From an uncultured Fibrobacterota bacterium (GTDB lineage: Bacteria; Fibrobacterota; Chitinivibrionia; Chitinivibrionales; CAYFVL01): a stretch of 62,095 nt of DNA. Positions 18,893 to 29,611 of the stretch are shown piece by piece. Each line of letters starts with the position of its first letter. Position 1 is the first letter of the stretch. The position numbers were made by a program, and so were the translations under genes. The DNA is taken from positions 1 to 62,095 of the forward strand of contig CAZPHU010000009.1 in assembly GCA_964586285.1 (NCBI GenBank), written 5' to 3'. The notes below the pieces were generated by a model, which saw only the letters and a program-made list of their open reading frames with translations, was not told the DNA's origin and searched no databases.

Positions 18893-21800
18893 ATGATCTT
18901 GCGTAAACTTTCGATTTTTGGCTTCAAGTCGTTTGCCGACAAAATAGAGATGCGCTTTGGCGAAGGAATTACTGCGGTTATTGGTCCAAACGGATGTGGC
19001 AAGAGTAATGTGGTCGATGCGATCCGGTGGGTTTTTGGTGAGCAGAAAGCCTCTATGCTGCGAAGTGCAAATATGCAGGATGTGATATTCAGCGGGACTC
19101 AGAAGCGTGCGCAGTTGAATATGGCTGAAGTAACTCTCACCATTCAGAATAATAAAGGACTTCTTCCGACCGAATATCGCGAAGTGGCCATTACCCGTAG
19201 AATTTACCGCAGTGGTGATAGCGAATATCGGATCAACAAATCACCCTGCCGTTTGCGCGACATTCATAATATGTTTCTGGATACGGGAGTGGGCAGTAAT
19301 GCCTATACCACTATTGAAAACGGAATGATCAACAAGATCCTCAGCGACAAAGCCGAAGAGCGCCGGATTTTGTTTGAGGAGGCGGCCGGAATCGGCAAAT
19401 ACAAACAACGTATCCGGGAGAGTCATCGCAAGCTGGATCGTACCCGCCAGGACCTGCTTCGAATAAACGATCGTGTACAGGAGAAGGATCGATACGTGCG
19501 TATGCTTGCCCGTCAGGTAGAAAAAGCCAAGCGCTACAAATCTTACCGCGACGATCTTCTGGCCCTGGAAGTCGGCTACGAAAACCGTCGATACACTTCT
19601 CTTACCGAGAAGATGAACAATCGGCGTAGCAGACTTTCGGAGCTTGTGCAGGAATATGAAACCATACGGGCCAGGATAGCGGCGGTCGAATCGAGGGTCG
19701 AGAAGAAGGAAATTGCCAAGGTAGAAAAGGAAAACGATCTTCAGATTGCTTCTCAAAATGTGACTCAGATGAGTGAAAAGATAAACGGAATCGATCGAGA
19801 GATCTCCATGACCATGCAGAGCCTTTCCTTTCTGCATGAAAATGTCAGGCGGTTTGAGCAGGAGTCAAATTCATTTGATGAGCAGATGGAGGAGAAGCGC
19901 AATCTTCTGGGCTCGATTGAACGCAGCATCATAGAGCGAGAGTCGCAGCTTAGTGAACATGTCAGCCGTGTGGATGGTGCACAGAATGAATTATCGGAGT
20001 TTGACGCACGTGTGGCCGGGCAGAAGGAGCAGGTTGATGAGCTTGCACAGCAGCAGCTTGCGTTGATTCAGGGAGTCGGTGAAAAGCAGCGGGCTTTGAG
20101 TGCCTTGCAGACGAATCTGAGTAACGCCTTTGAGCGCCGCGATCGTAACCAGCACGAAATGCAGAATTTGGAGACTCGCTCGGAAGAGTACCGTGAGGCG
20201 TTGCAGAGAAGCAAAGAGCAGCTTGAGGCCGAAAGCGAGGCACACGAGAAGTACTTAAAATCCCGTGAAGTACTGTGGAAGCGAATAGAGGAGGAAGATG
20301 AGCGGTATCATTCCTACGTCGAAAAGGAAAAACGGCTCGAGGCGCAGATCGAATCCGGCAAGGCTCAGCTTCGTTTCCTGGACGGTTTGGAGGCATCTTT
20401 TGAGGGGTACGAAACAGGCGTAAAGGCATTGCTTAAGGAGAAATTGAGCGGAGCGATGGGAATCGTTGCCGATTTGATTGAGGTCGAGAACAACGAACTG
20501 GTTGCGCTTGTCGAAAAAGCGTTAGGAAGTGCCATTCAGACGGTTGTTTTTAAAACCGATGCGGATATGCGAAACGCAATGGATTTCATGCAATCTTCCA
20601 AGGTCGGAACGGCTCGCATAGTGTCGCTTGAGCAGTTAAGCACGACTCCGGTTCCAGAAACGGTATCGGTTAACGGCGGCAGTGTTGCGCTTCGATCATT
20701 CATAAAGACCGAGGCCGGTTGTGAGGCTTTGGCCGATCATTTCTTCAATAATGTTATGTTGGGTAACGACCGTGAGAGTGCGCTTGCTTTTCGCGGAAAG
20801 ACCGCACCTCATGGAGTGATGGTCTGTAAGGATGGGGTACTGGCCTCCGGTAATGGTATCATCACGGCGGGTAAGCAGAAAAAGGAAGAGATAGGGATAC
20901 TGCAAAGAAAACAGGAACGGGAAAGACTTTCGGAGCAGATACGAAAGCACAGGACTGATTATGAACAGGTCGTGCATGAAAAAGAGATTTGTATAATCAA
21001 CCGTGATGAGGCTAAACGTGCTTTGGTAGAGGTGGATGAGAAGCTAAACCGAGGTCGTCAGAAGCAGCAGGAACAAGAAACCAATATCCGCCACTATCAG
21101 ACTGAGATACAGAATATAAACGACCGAATGGAAGCGCTCCATCCGGAACTCTTAAAGATTGAAGAGGATATTACCCGGTTCGAGTCTCAGATTGCCGAAC
21201 ATGAGCAGGCAATAGCCGAGGTGGACGACAGGCGTCGAGACCTTGAGGGGCAGATTGAGAGTTCAAAAGACAAGCTCTGCTCGATGGAAGATGAACGTCG
21301 TGAACTTGCCGACCATTTGAAAAATGTAGAACTTGCCATGCATGGACTAAAGAACCGAATCGAGCAGGATAAACAGAGTGTTGAGCGCCTCAATAAGGAT
21401 ATCAAAAACTTTTCGGTTAATAAACAGCAGAAAATCGAAGACAAGAACAAGGCAGAGGTTGAAATCCGTAACCTCGAAGAGAAAACAGTTATGCTTAAGG
21501 AAAGCCTCCAACGTCATCAGTCCCAGCGTGAGGAGTTGCAGGAGGTACTTGCAAGAGTTCGAGAGGAGTATAACACCATTCTCAGCGATATCGAGGAGAT
21601 GCGTAAGAACACGCGCGGTGATCATCACGAGGTAGAGCGGTTGTCGAATCTTAAAAACGGTTTTGAGGTAGAACAGACGCGTGATGAAGAACAGAAACGG
21701 TCTATTCGCGAACGGATCTATAACAGCTATGAGATTGATCTGGAATCGCCGCCCGAAGACGTTCCGATTCTTGATGAAGAGGATATGTCGGGTGTCACGC

Positions 21801-22450
21801 AAAACATACAAATGTTAAAAGAGAGGCTTCGCCGGGTGGGTGAGGTAAACATGGGCTCGCTTCAGGAGTATGAAACCGAAAACAACGACCTTCAGTCGTT
21901 GATAAAACAGCGGGATGATCTGCAGACTGCGGTCGATGATCTGGAGAAGGCGATTAGAAAACTCAATCGCGAGGCGCGCAATCAGTTTGTCGCTACATTT
22001 GAACAGGTAAAAAACAACTTTACCTCAATGTTTACAACCTTGTTTGAGGGTGGTGAGGCTCATCTGGAGATGGATCAGAACGCCGATCCGCTCGATGCGG
22101 CCATATCCATAAATGTAAGGCCGGCGGGGAAAAAGATGCGCGGAGTGACATTGCTCTCGGGGGGGGAACGAGCTTTGACAGCAATATCACTTCTATTTGC
22201 ACTGTACATGGTCAAACCGTCGGCCTATTGTGTGCTCGATGAGCTGGATGCTCCACTCGATGATGCGAATGTTGACAGGTTTTTACGTATCCTGAGACGT
22301 TTCTCAGAGGAAACACAGTTTATAGTCATAACCCATAATAAACGTACGATGGAAGCCGCCGATCTGCTCTACGGAGTGACTCAGCAGGAATCCGGGGTAT
22401 CGGTAATAGCCTCCGTGGGGCTGAACGAAATCCAGAAACAGGCAGCTTAA
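18893..22450 (+). CDS. smc: Chromosome segregation protein SMC
   Basis: GFKSF, Walker A GPNGCGKSN, long coiled coils with central hinge, LSGGE signature, VLDELDAPLD. Confidence 0.97.
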   Translation: MILRKLSIFGFKSFADKIEMRFGEGITAVIGPNGCGKSNVVDAIRWVFGEQKASMLRSANMQDVIFSGTQKRAQLNMAEVTLTIQNNKGLLPTEYREVAITRRIYRSGDSEYRINKSPCRLRDIHNMFLDTGVGSNAYTTIENGMINKILSDKAEERRILFEEAAGIGKYKQRIRESHRKLDRTRQDLLRINDRVQEKDRYVRMLARQVEKAKRYKSYRDDLLALEVGYENRRYTSLTEKMNNRRSRLSELVQEYETIRARIAAVESRVEKKEIAKVEKENDLQIASQNVTQMSEKINGIDREISMTMQSLSFLHENVRRFEQESNSFDEQMEEKRNLLGSIERSIIERESQLSEHVSRVDGAQNELSEFDARVAGQKEQVDELAQQQLALIQGVGEKQRALSALQTNLSNAFERRDRNQHEMQNLETRSEEYREALQRSKEQLEAESEAHEKYLKSREVLWKRIEEEDERYHSYVEKEKRLEAQIESGKAQLRFLDGLEASFEGYETGVKALLKEKLSGAMGIVADLIEVENNELVALVEKALGSAIQTVVFKTDADMRNAMDFMQSSKVGTARIVSLEQLSTTPVPETVSVNGGSVALRSFIKTEAGCEALADHFFNNVMLGNDRESALAFRGKTAPHGVMVCKDGVLASGNGIITAGKQKKEEIGILQRKQERERLSEQIRKHRTDYEQVVHEKEICIINRDEAKRALVEVDEKLNRGRQKQQEQETNIRHYQTEIQNINDRMEALHPELLKIEEDITRFESQIAEHEQAIAEVDDRRRDLEGQIESSKDKLCSMEDERRELADHLKNVELAMHGLKNRIEQDKQSVERLNKDIKNFSVNKQQKIEDKNKAEVEIRNLEEKTVMLKESLQRHQSQREELQEVLARVREEYNTILSDIEEMRKNTRGDHHEVERLSNLKNGFEVEQTRDEEQKRSIRERIYNSYEIDLESPPEDVPILDEEDMSGVTQNIQMLKERLRRVGEVNMGSLQEYETENNDLQSLIKQRDDLQTAVDDLEKAIRKLNREARNQFVATFEQVKNNFTSMFTTLFEGGEAHLEMDQNADPLDAAISINVRPAGKKMRGVTLLSGGERALTAISLLFALYMVKPSAYCVLDELDAPLDDANVDRFLRILRRFSEETQFIVITHNKRTMEAADLLYGVTQQESGVSVIASVGLNEIQKQAA

Positions 22451-22787
22451 GTTTTGGGTATAACTACGAAAAGGGGATTGTGAAAGGATTTTGATCCTTA
22501 ACTTTCCCCGTTCGTTCTACCTTACTTACCGGAGCCGCTGATTGTGGAGCGCCTTGCCTGTTTGTTTAACTTTTAAACAGCAAAAATGCCCCGCTTTTTT
22601 CCTACTATTATCTTTCGGTATCTCGCCTGAGGATCAATTCCAGCTGATGTCGGCTTCAATATCAGGTGGAAGCCTTCCGTTTCATAGAATATTATCGGTC
22701 TTATTTCGCAATTAATATGGCTTTTCGGAATGCTGCATTTTTCTTCAATAGTGGCTTACATGTGGTCTTCATGAAAAAATTAAAACA

Positions 22788-22824
22788 GGAAACCAGATTT
22801 CCGGAATAATGGTTCGTTTTTCGC
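22788..22824 (+). promoter_or_regulatory. Second copy of the palindromic operator plus sigma-54-like promoter
   Basis: ggaaaccagatttcc at 22788-22802; GG at 22811-22812 and GC at 22823-22824 (GG-N10-GC). Same 23-nt palindrome-to-GG offset as at 330/353. Confidence 0.5.
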
Positions 22825-22942
22825 TATATATTATACATAGAGGAAATCAAGACCAAAAGTCTAAAAGGTTGCTCTAAAAGTTGAAAAAATGTACAATTGT
22901 TATAACAGGAAATATTCACCTTAAAATAGGGGTGATGTTCTC

Positions 22943-23743
22943 ATGAGCACACAATTAGAGAACGTCCTCATCGATTGTTTGCGTGATACCCTCAATGTAA
23001 TGGTTTGCACCGGTTCAGATGAGACATCACGCACTATTGAGCGGGTGCTGAAGCGTTATCCTACGTACAGTATCTTTCATGCCGACTCGCTGGAGGTTGC
23101 GGAGACATTGTTTCGGCAGGTGAAGGCATGGCATGGACTGATAATCGATGGGCAAAGCAATGGGGCGGAGGCATGGATATCGGCGGCACAGCAGTTTTCG
23201 CCGTGGATGCCGCAAATTGTACTTGCGGATAACTCGACTGCGGAAACGCTTTTTAATAAAGCCGATATAAGGGAGCACACGGTTCTTCCAATAGATCAGG
23301 TACGTCAAAGCGAAGAAAAGATGCCTATCGGCGGAACCAATCTGATTGCGACCTGTCCGGCAAGTGCGCTTCCCGAGATGCTTCCGGTTCTACAGGTCTG
23401 GAGTATAAAACGTAAGCTGGTTGCCAGAGAGCCTGAGGGGCTTATGGAGGAGGCCATCAAAGCACTCTTTTATAATAATCCTCAGGGAGTGGAAGAGTGG
23501 TCTTCCATGGTCGGCGCAAAGCCCAGGAAGTTTCAGCGGGAGTTTAGGTTGTTCACCAATCTTCCGCCCAAAAAAATGCTTGCGCTATCCAACGCATACA
23601 GAATAGCTTTTGATGTTCTGGACGAGCGAAACCATAAAGATGGAGGTATCTTCCCCGCCTATATGGTGGATGCACGTGCTAAATCGCGTATGATGGAGTA
23701 TGTTTTAACGCGAAGAAGCACATTGCTTTCCTCCGCATATTGA
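22943..23743 (+). CDS. Putative transcriptional regulator: degenerate receiver-like domain plus AraC-like HTH
   Basis: N-terminal alpha/beta fold with GLIIDG and PQIVLAD; C-terminal VEEWSSMVGAKPRKFQREFRLFTNLPPKKML resembles the first AraC HTH. Confidence 0.55.
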   Translation: MSTQLENVLIDCLRDTLNVMVCTGSDETSRTIERVLKRYPTYSIFHADSLEVAETLFRQVKAWHGLIIDGQSNGAEAWISAAQQFSPWMPQIVLADNSTAETLFNKADIREHTVLPIDQVRQSEEKMPIGGTNLIATCPASALPEMLPVLQVWSIKRKLVAREPEGLMEEAIKALFYNNPQGVEEWSSMVGAKPRKFQREFRLFTNLPPKKMLALSNAYRIAFDVLDERNHKDGGIFPAYMVDARAKSRMMEYVLTRRSTLLSSAY

Positions 23744-23762
23744 CTCTTAAGCACATCTTGGA

Positions 23763-23801
23763 GGGAGCGGTCTGGATTCCAACTCAAGAAACCAGCCGCT
23801 C
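23763..23801. terminator. Possible bidirectional hairpin between convergent genes
   Basis: ggagcggtctgg ... ccagccgctcc imperfect inverted repeat. Confidence 0.35.
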
Positions 23802-23828
23802 CAGCCTTTCTTTGATCGGTCTGTTCCC

Positions 23829-26546
23829 TTATTTGTACTCAAATTGTAGAAGGGAGCTTGTGGTTGACGACTTCCAGTCGTGAGCTACTACATACCAATA
23901 GTAAATCCCTCTTTCAAGACCACTTACCGTTGTATGGGACGAAGGGGTTGATTTAATTCGCTCCAGTGAATCTTGCGACCTTCCCAGATAAAGCTCATAC
24001 CAGATGAAATCCCCGTCCAAATCTGATGCATTCCATGAAAAGATAACATCTTCGGAAATGATTTCGGTCTGATTGGCCGGTGAAAATTCTTTCTCAAAAG
24101 CAGGCGGCATTCCATAGTAAAGAGTTTGTCTGAGTGTATCCACGTTTTGTTTTCGATCTTCAACCGTTACCACCACAGTATCGTAACCGTCGAAGGCCCG
24201 AGGGTCAACCACAAGTGCCAGAGTATCTACCAGTGCGGAATCAATCGTGCTGTACAACCGGGATCGTGCCTGGTATATTGACAGACTATACCTCTCTGTT
24301 ATTTGAGGGTCTTTATCGTGAATATGAAAAACCAGAGTGTCGGGTTTTTGTCCGGAATTCAAATCAAACGTGCCGTTTGGGGTAACTGCTCCTCCATATC
24401 CCACACTCAATGAACAGGGATTGTTCCCGCTGATGACAAGAATCCGCGGATATAAAGTATCACTGCCGGGAAAAATGTCGGTTACGGTGACAACCAGCTG
24501 TTGATAGCCGGTATCCGCTATAGTTGGAACCCAGCGAAGAATACTGTCTTGAGTGGAGTGCTGCAAAAGCGAATCGTTTCTGACTAAGCGTGTTGTAAAA
24601 GACCACGGCGCTACACCCGTGCCGCGGCTAATGCCTAAGGGCATGCAAAGGGTGTCGGTGCCGATTTCAAGATATACCGGGAAATCCTCGGCGCGTGTAG
24701 CGAAACGAATCGGTCCCGGATGATCCTCGGCCTTCTGCGACACAACCAACGTAAAAGTCTCGTATACCGGCTGATAACCGTCCCAAATGCGTGCGGTAAC
24801 TGTATGTGTTCCCGTATCTGCCGGTGTTGGAACCCAGTAAACGATTCCTTGTGGTGTTATGAGAAGATCGGCGGGGCCGTGTTCCTTTTTTATGGTCACC
24901 GAATCTCCATCCGGATCGAAGGCTATCACGGTGTCGGTATACAATGAATCTACAAGAATGAAAGCCGGCATAGCATGAGTTTCCACCAGAGGAGGGCGAT
25001 TTCTGAAAATCACCGCAGTCTTCTTGCTCTCGTTTCCTTTTGTGTCGATTGCACGAACGACAACTTCATTACCACCCGGAGTGTGTTGGAGTGAAACATC
25101 ACCATAATACCAACCCGGGTTTTCGGGATCCGGCCCGGAAACGGTTTCATTGATATAAAGCGTATCCATCCAACCATGCTCATCAAAGGCTTTAACACCG
25201 ATGCGTACAGTCGGTTTGGTGGTGTATAGGTTATGCGCCTGTTTACCTCCAACCATTATCGCGGCGATATTAGGAGGTGTGCTGTCCGGCGAATCGGGTA
25301 TGTATCGGAGCACGAATCCGGTTCGGTCAAGAAACCTGCCATCCTGCTGTTGTGTGGCAACAACGCGAATGTCATTAAAGCCGGGGACAAGAGGAAGCCG
25401 CCACTCCCAGAAAGCGTGACTTTCCCGAATGACAAGCGGCTGAACAGGTATACTGTCATTTACATACGCAATCAGTGTAACCGGCAAATTCTCCCCACTA
25501 TTGCTTTCAAGTATTCCGAAAATATCATACATCTCAGTGCCGACAGTTGTAGTGTCTTTATTCGGAGCCATCACAGAGATATTTACGGGTATAGACTGAG
25601 GAAGGGTATCTATGTACCTTATGAAAACCGTGTCGCGGCTCTCGTTTCCAAAAGAGTAACGGTCCAGAGCGTAAATATGAACAGCTAGAGGCTGGGCGGC
25701 ATATCTTTCAACATTTTCTATAACAGCAGTGTACATAGTGCCGTCTTTACGGTCGAAGGCTTTACCGTTAAAAGATGCACTGTCGACCGGCGCCCCGTCC
25801 TGATCCGATATTGATACTCTGAGTGTGTATAGCGGATCTCCGGTTAAAATAGTATCCCCTCTGTTATTATCATCCGAAAGACAGGCGATTAAAGGAGACA
25901 CGGTGTCACTTACAAAGAAATAGAAACTGTCTATCGGTGAAGTATAAGTACCGTCGGAAACCCAGACTGCGCCTACCCCCTCGGACATCGACGGGTTGAG
26001 CTGAATCAGCGTACTGCAGTGTTGCGATATGTATTGAGTAGAATTGCCCAGGGACCAGTAATATCCGACATCCTTATCCGGCACCGGTGTTGTTTGAAGC
26101 TGAAATGAACCGCCCCGGTGGCCCTTGACCGTGTCTTGATTTAATAAAGAGGTAGTGTAGAGCGAAAAGTGGCGCAGTTTTTCTTCATGTTTTGTGCCGA
26201 TTGAAAATGTAATCGTCTGCATACCTGTATCCGGCCAGGAGAAATCCAGGGTTATGGTCTCGGAGAGGATTTGAGATGATGTGAACGTCGTGTCGGTTGA
26301 GTTCCACAGGCGATTGCCGGGACTTGTAATTTGGATATCGGAGACAAGCTCTTTTACAAGTACTCGGAAGGTAATTGTCTGAGTCGAGAATATCGATACA
26401 GTATCCTCGGAATTGAAACTTTTTGCAACTATATCGATGTCGGCGTTTGACACATCGGAGAAAGGGTTATAATGATTGCACGTAATGAATAAGGCTGCGA
26501 TCATGGCGATTGAAAAAGCATGGTATTTTAGAATTCTTTTATTCAT
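23829..26546 (-). CDS. Large lipoprotein with tandem Ig/cadherin-like beta-sandwich domains and a C-terminal Fn3-like domain
   Basis: Likely start ATG 26546, lipobox ALFITC. DTVSP/DSTPP linkers, AFDPDGD...WVPTPADTGTH and WVPTIADTGYQ (He_PIG/cadherin-like), WNASDLDGD...YYWYVVA. Confidence 0.75.
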   Translation of the reverse strand: MNKRILKYHAFSIAMIAALFITCNHYNPFSDVSNADIDIVAKSFNSEDTVSIFSTQTITFRVLVKELVSDIQITSPGNRLWNSTDTTFTSSQILSETITLDFSWPDTGMQTITFSIGTKHEEKLRHFSLYTTSLLNQDTVKGHRGGSFQLQTTPVPDKDVGYYWSLGNSTQYISQHCSTLIQLNPSMSEGVGAVWVSDGTYTSPIDSFYFFVSDTVSPLIACLSDDNNRGDTILTGDPLYTLRVSISDQDGAPVDSASFNGKAFDRKDGTMYTAVIENVERYAAQPLAVHIYALDRYSFGNESRDTVFIRYIDTLPQSIPVNISVMAPNKDTTTVGTEMYDIFGILESNSGENLPVTLIAYVNDSIPVQPLVIRESHAFWEWRLPLVPGFNDIRVVATQQQDGRFLDRTGFVLRYIPDSPDSTPPNIAAIMVGGKQAHNLYTTKPTVRIGVKAFDEHGWMDTLYINETVSGPDPENPGWYYGDVSLQHTPGGNEVVVRAIDTKGNESKKTAVIFRNRPPLVETHAMPAFILVDSLYTDTVIAFDPDGDSVTIKKEHGPADLLITPQGIVYWVPTPADTGTHTVTARIWDGYQPVYETFTLVVSQKAEDHPGPIRFATRAEDFPVYLEIGTDTLCMPLGISRGTGVAPWSFTTRLVRNDSLLQHSTQDSILRWVPTIADTGYQQLVVTVTDIFPGSDTLYPRILVISGNNPCSLSVGYGGAVTPNGTFDLNSGQKPDTLVFHIHDKDPQITERYSLSIYQARSRLYSTIDSALVDTLALVVDPRAFDGYDTVVVTVEDRKQNVDTLRQTLYYGMPPAFEKEFSPANQTEIISEDVIFSWNASDLDGDFIWYELYLGRSQDSLERIKSTPSSHTTVSGLERGIYYWYVVAHDWKSSTTSSLLQFEYK

Positions 26547-26557
26547 AATTTTACAGG

Positions 26558-27445
26558 CTAAAAAGTAAATGACCAGTAAAGTCCGCCGGCTCCGGCAACC
26601 GTCAGAGACCATCCAATAAGCATACCTGCCAGATTCCTGTTGCGTTTATGCAGGGCATCTTCCCACTGCCTGGTTGAATTGGCTGCCAGATTATCGGCAT
26701 CCTTTGAACTGAGTCCGCTGAAAATGCGGTCGTTTTCATCGAATGAGATGCTGTAGAAAATGCCTGCTATGATTCCTCCTACAGCAAGTGTAAGTCCTGT
26801 GTAGCGTAAGACCGTGCGCTTTGTTCGAAGCGGATCGTCCAAAACCGACAGAGGAATGCCGTCGATTGTAGGATCGGTTATCGAAACCGCATAATCATAA
26901 GGTTGCGTTCCGACATCGTGCTCCTCTCCCTCAATCGTAAGGGAAGCACGGCCGTTATGAAGAAACAGGACCGGAGCGATCTTTACAAACCGAGTTTTGG
27001 ATAGGATCCCTTCCACCGAATACATTACCGCACTGTAATGAAATTCGCTGCCGATGGCGTCCTCGTGAAGATAAATACCGTTCCAGTCGTATGGAGCAGC
27101 ATCAACACCACTGGCCGGGTTGTTTTCTTTATCATTCACCGATGTAAACACAACCGGCGTGTCGGGTTTTCCCTTTACAATAAGGCGTCCCTGTACCTGA
27201 AGGCCGGTGAAATTATTAAATAATAAGACCGTCCCAGCTTCAATGTTAACTGTCTTCCCATTTGGGACGTAAATATCATCAACAATAAGGTATGGTTTGT
27301 CGGATGGAAGAATTATTGCCGGCAGATCGCCTGCAAGCGTATCAAACTGTCCGGACTGGTCGGTTGAATTTTGCGCCAGAACCGGAGCGGCCACAAATAC
27401 AAGATAAGCACCGAGGTAAAAAAGAAATAAAATGAAGGTATTCAT
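26558..27445 (-). CDS. Exported hypothetical protein with a beta-helix-like domain and a C-terminal hydrophobic hairpin
   Basis: Signal peptide; PYLIVDDIYVPNGKTVNIEAGTVLLF...GKPDTPVVFTS...DWNGI resembles the start of a right-handed beta-helix; two C-terminal hydrophobic segments. Confidence 0.7.
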   Translation of the reverse strand: MNTFILFLFYLGAYLVFVAAPVLAQNSTDQSGQFDTLAGDLPAIILPSDKPYLIVDDIYVPNGKTVNIEAGTVLLFNNFTGLQVQGRLIVKGKPDTPVVFTSVNDKENNPASGVDAAPYDWNGIYLHEDAIGSEFHYSAVMYSVEGILSKTRFVKIAPVLFLHNGRASLTIEGEEHDVGTQPYDYAVSITDPTIDGIPLSVLDDPLRTKRTVLRYTGLTLAVGGIIAGIFYSISFDENDRIFSGLSSKDADNLAANSTRQWEDALHKRNRNLAGMLIGWSLTVAGAGGLYWSFTF

Positions 27446-27457
27446 AATTTAGCCACT

Positions 27458-29551
27458 TCAATTTCGACTGATTCGTCTGATCTGTTTGTCCGCTTCCTGG
27501 AAGTATCTGTGATCGGGTGACGTCCTTAGATACGATTTCACCTCAAACCATGCTTCCATCGCAAGTCTTCTGGTTTCGGGTGACGGTGCCGATTCAAAAC
27601 TGGAGGTCGAACAAAGAGCTTTTGTGAAGAGAAGGCGTTGACGAAAAGTAGTTTTGTTCATAAATCCGACCGGTGCTCTTGAAGCTCTTTCAACCATTTT
27701 TCGGGCTTCTCCGTGTCTGTCAGTCCGGTATAGATACATTGCCTTTTCCAGCAAAAATTCACCATCGTTGATATCTTGGGACATCAGCATCTCTTTTGCT
27801 TTTGTTTTGCTTCCGGCATTCAAAAGCGCACGGAATCGGTAAATTTGAACTTTTGTTTGGGACAGCTCATCTTTCTTAAGATGTTTATAAATCTTTAAAG
27901 CATTGTCATACTCTCTTTTTTCCACCTCGGCAATAAAAATCTCCGCCGGATCATCAACCCCATACTGAAACCTTAGACGATCGATAAGGGAAGGGGGGGC
28001 GGCTGTTTTTTCCTGTTGTAAGGTTTTGGTGTTTGTTTCCTTATCTAACAACTCCTGCTTACCCTCAATCGGCTTTTCGGAGCCCATTTGTAGAGATCTG
28101 CCATGCGAAACCGGTTGGGTGTTGTTCTTTGAAGCATCCACCATGTTTCCGGTCCCCAATGCATCGGAATAAGCATGCGAATCCGTAGAGTCTTGCAGAA
28201 AGCTGTGTGTCTCTTGCGGTACCGATTGAGATAACGATGATGTGTTTGGATTTGCAGAAGTGGTTGCTGATTTGGTCTCGATTTTAGTATCTGTACCGGG
28301 TCTTTCACCCTGAAAACGATTAGTATAATAAATGAACATGTTTTTAGCGGTTGAGAAATGGTCGGCAATACGCCGGGCGTGAATTCCTTTAGCGGCATTG
28401 GTAATAGAGCTGAATACCTCGGGATTGGAATAAAAGACAAATGTCAGGGAAAAGATCGTTAAGGCGGCAGCTGACGATGCCCAGATTAGAAGAGGAGTGA
28501 AAAAGCGCGATTTTTTACGGATGACTATCGTTTCCGGTTGCCTGGGTGCCTGCATGTATTTTGCCATGACCTGCTCGGGGGACAAGTTTGTCAGTTTCTT
28601 GTGAACCTTGCCCAGGGCGCGTAACAGCTCCAAAGTTGATTGATAGCGCTTATTTGGCTCAAGTCTAAGGCTTTTATGAACAATTTCACGCAGGTTTCGT
28701 GGAATTTTCTTTTTGTACATTTCCAGAGGAATGTAGGTATTATCAAGCTTACTGGGGACAAGCTTTGCCAACCCGGCTTCTGGAAATGCCTGTTTGCCTG
28801 TCAGCATTTCGTAGATAACCGTACCAAGAGAGTATAAATCGGAGCGAAAATCGGCATCCTCTCCCTGCAGCTGTTCCGGAGCGAGGTACTGAAGCGTTCC
28901 GATAACTACATCCGTGCACGTGTGTATGCTGGCGGTTACAGGTTTCGCGATTCCGAAATCCATCAATTTAACCGTACCGCGTTTGGTGATCATTACGTTA
29001 CTGGGTTTTAGATCTCTGTGTATAATCCCCTTGTAATTTTTGCCGTAGAGGACATAAAGCTGATTGTGAGCATAGTTAAGAGCCCTGCCAACCATTATTG
29101 CAACCGATGTACACACCTCAAGAGGAAGGCTGCCCGCGTGTGCAATAACCTTCTCCAGGGTGTAACCGTCGATCCGTTCCATCTCTATGTAAGGAAGGCT
29201 GTTCCATTTACCTACCGCATAAATTTCTATGATGTTGGGGTGGTGGAGCTTGGCGCTGATTTTCATCTCGGTTTGAAATCTTTCGGCCGACTCCTGAGTA
29301 TGATCGGGGCGCAGAAGCTTTACCGCACGGGTGACTTCAAGCTCCTGATTCCAGATTTCGTAGATTATGGCCATGCCGCCTGCACTGATACGCCTGGTGA
29401 TCGTACCGGAGCCCATGGTGATCTTTTTTTGGTCTGATTGTAATTTGTCGGATTGATCGGGAGCCAGCGGCAGCGGGACGGATTCCCGCTTTTCATCGGA
29501 AATCTTTGCAGATCCTTTTTGATTTTCTCCCATTGCCTGCTGAGACGACAT
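27458..29551 (-). CDS. Membrane-anchored Hanks-type Ser/Thr protein kinase with a C-terminal TPR-like extracytoplasmic region
   Basis: AGGMAIIY, AVKLL, HRDLKPSN, DFGIAK, YLAPEQ; TM segment LLIWASSAAALTIFSLTFVFY; S/T/Q-rich linker and helical C-terminus. Confidence 0.92.
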   Translation of the reverse strand: MSSQQAMGENQKGSAKISDEKRESVPLPLAPDQSDKLQSDQKKITMGSGTITRRISAGGMAIIYEIWNQELEVTRAVKLLRPDHTQESAERFQTEMKISAKLHHPNIIEIYAVGKWNSLPYIEMERIDGYTLEKVIAHAGSLPLEVCTSVAIMVGRALNYAHNQLYVLYGKNYKGIIHRDLKPSNVMITKRGTVKLMDFGIAKPVTASIHTCTDVVIGTLQYLAPEQLQGEDADFRSDLYSLGTVIYEMLTGKQAFPEAGLAKLVPSKLDNTYIPLEMYKKKIPRNLREIVHKSLRLEPNKRYQSTLELLRALGKVHKKLTNLSPEQVMAKYMQAPRQPETIVIRKKSRFFTPLLIWASSAAALTIFSLTFVFYSNPEVFSSITNAAKGIHARRIADHFSTAKNMFIYYTNRFQGERPGTDTKIETKSATTSANPNTSSLSQSVPQETHSFLQDSTDSHAYSDALGTGNMVDASKNNTQPVSHGRSLQMGSEKPIEGKQELLDKETNTKTLQQEKTAAPPSLIDRLRFQYGVDDPAEIFIAEVEKREYDNALKIYKHLKKDELSQTKVQIYRFRALLNAGSKTKAKEMLMSQDINDGEFLLEKAMYLYRTDRHGEARKMVERASRAPVGFMNKTTFRQRLLFTKALCSTSSFESAPSPETRRLAMEAWFEVKSYLRTSPDHRYFQEADKQIRRISRN

Positions 29552-29611
29552 CCCAAACTCCCGTAAACCAATGCAGATAAAGACCGACTCGCGGCCAAAA
29601 CGGATGCTCTT

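Noticed and set aside
22451-22787. Structured RNA in the long smc downstream spacer
   Set aside because: One imperfect hairpin near 22638-22672 and a 10-nt match to 15270; not enough without covariation data.
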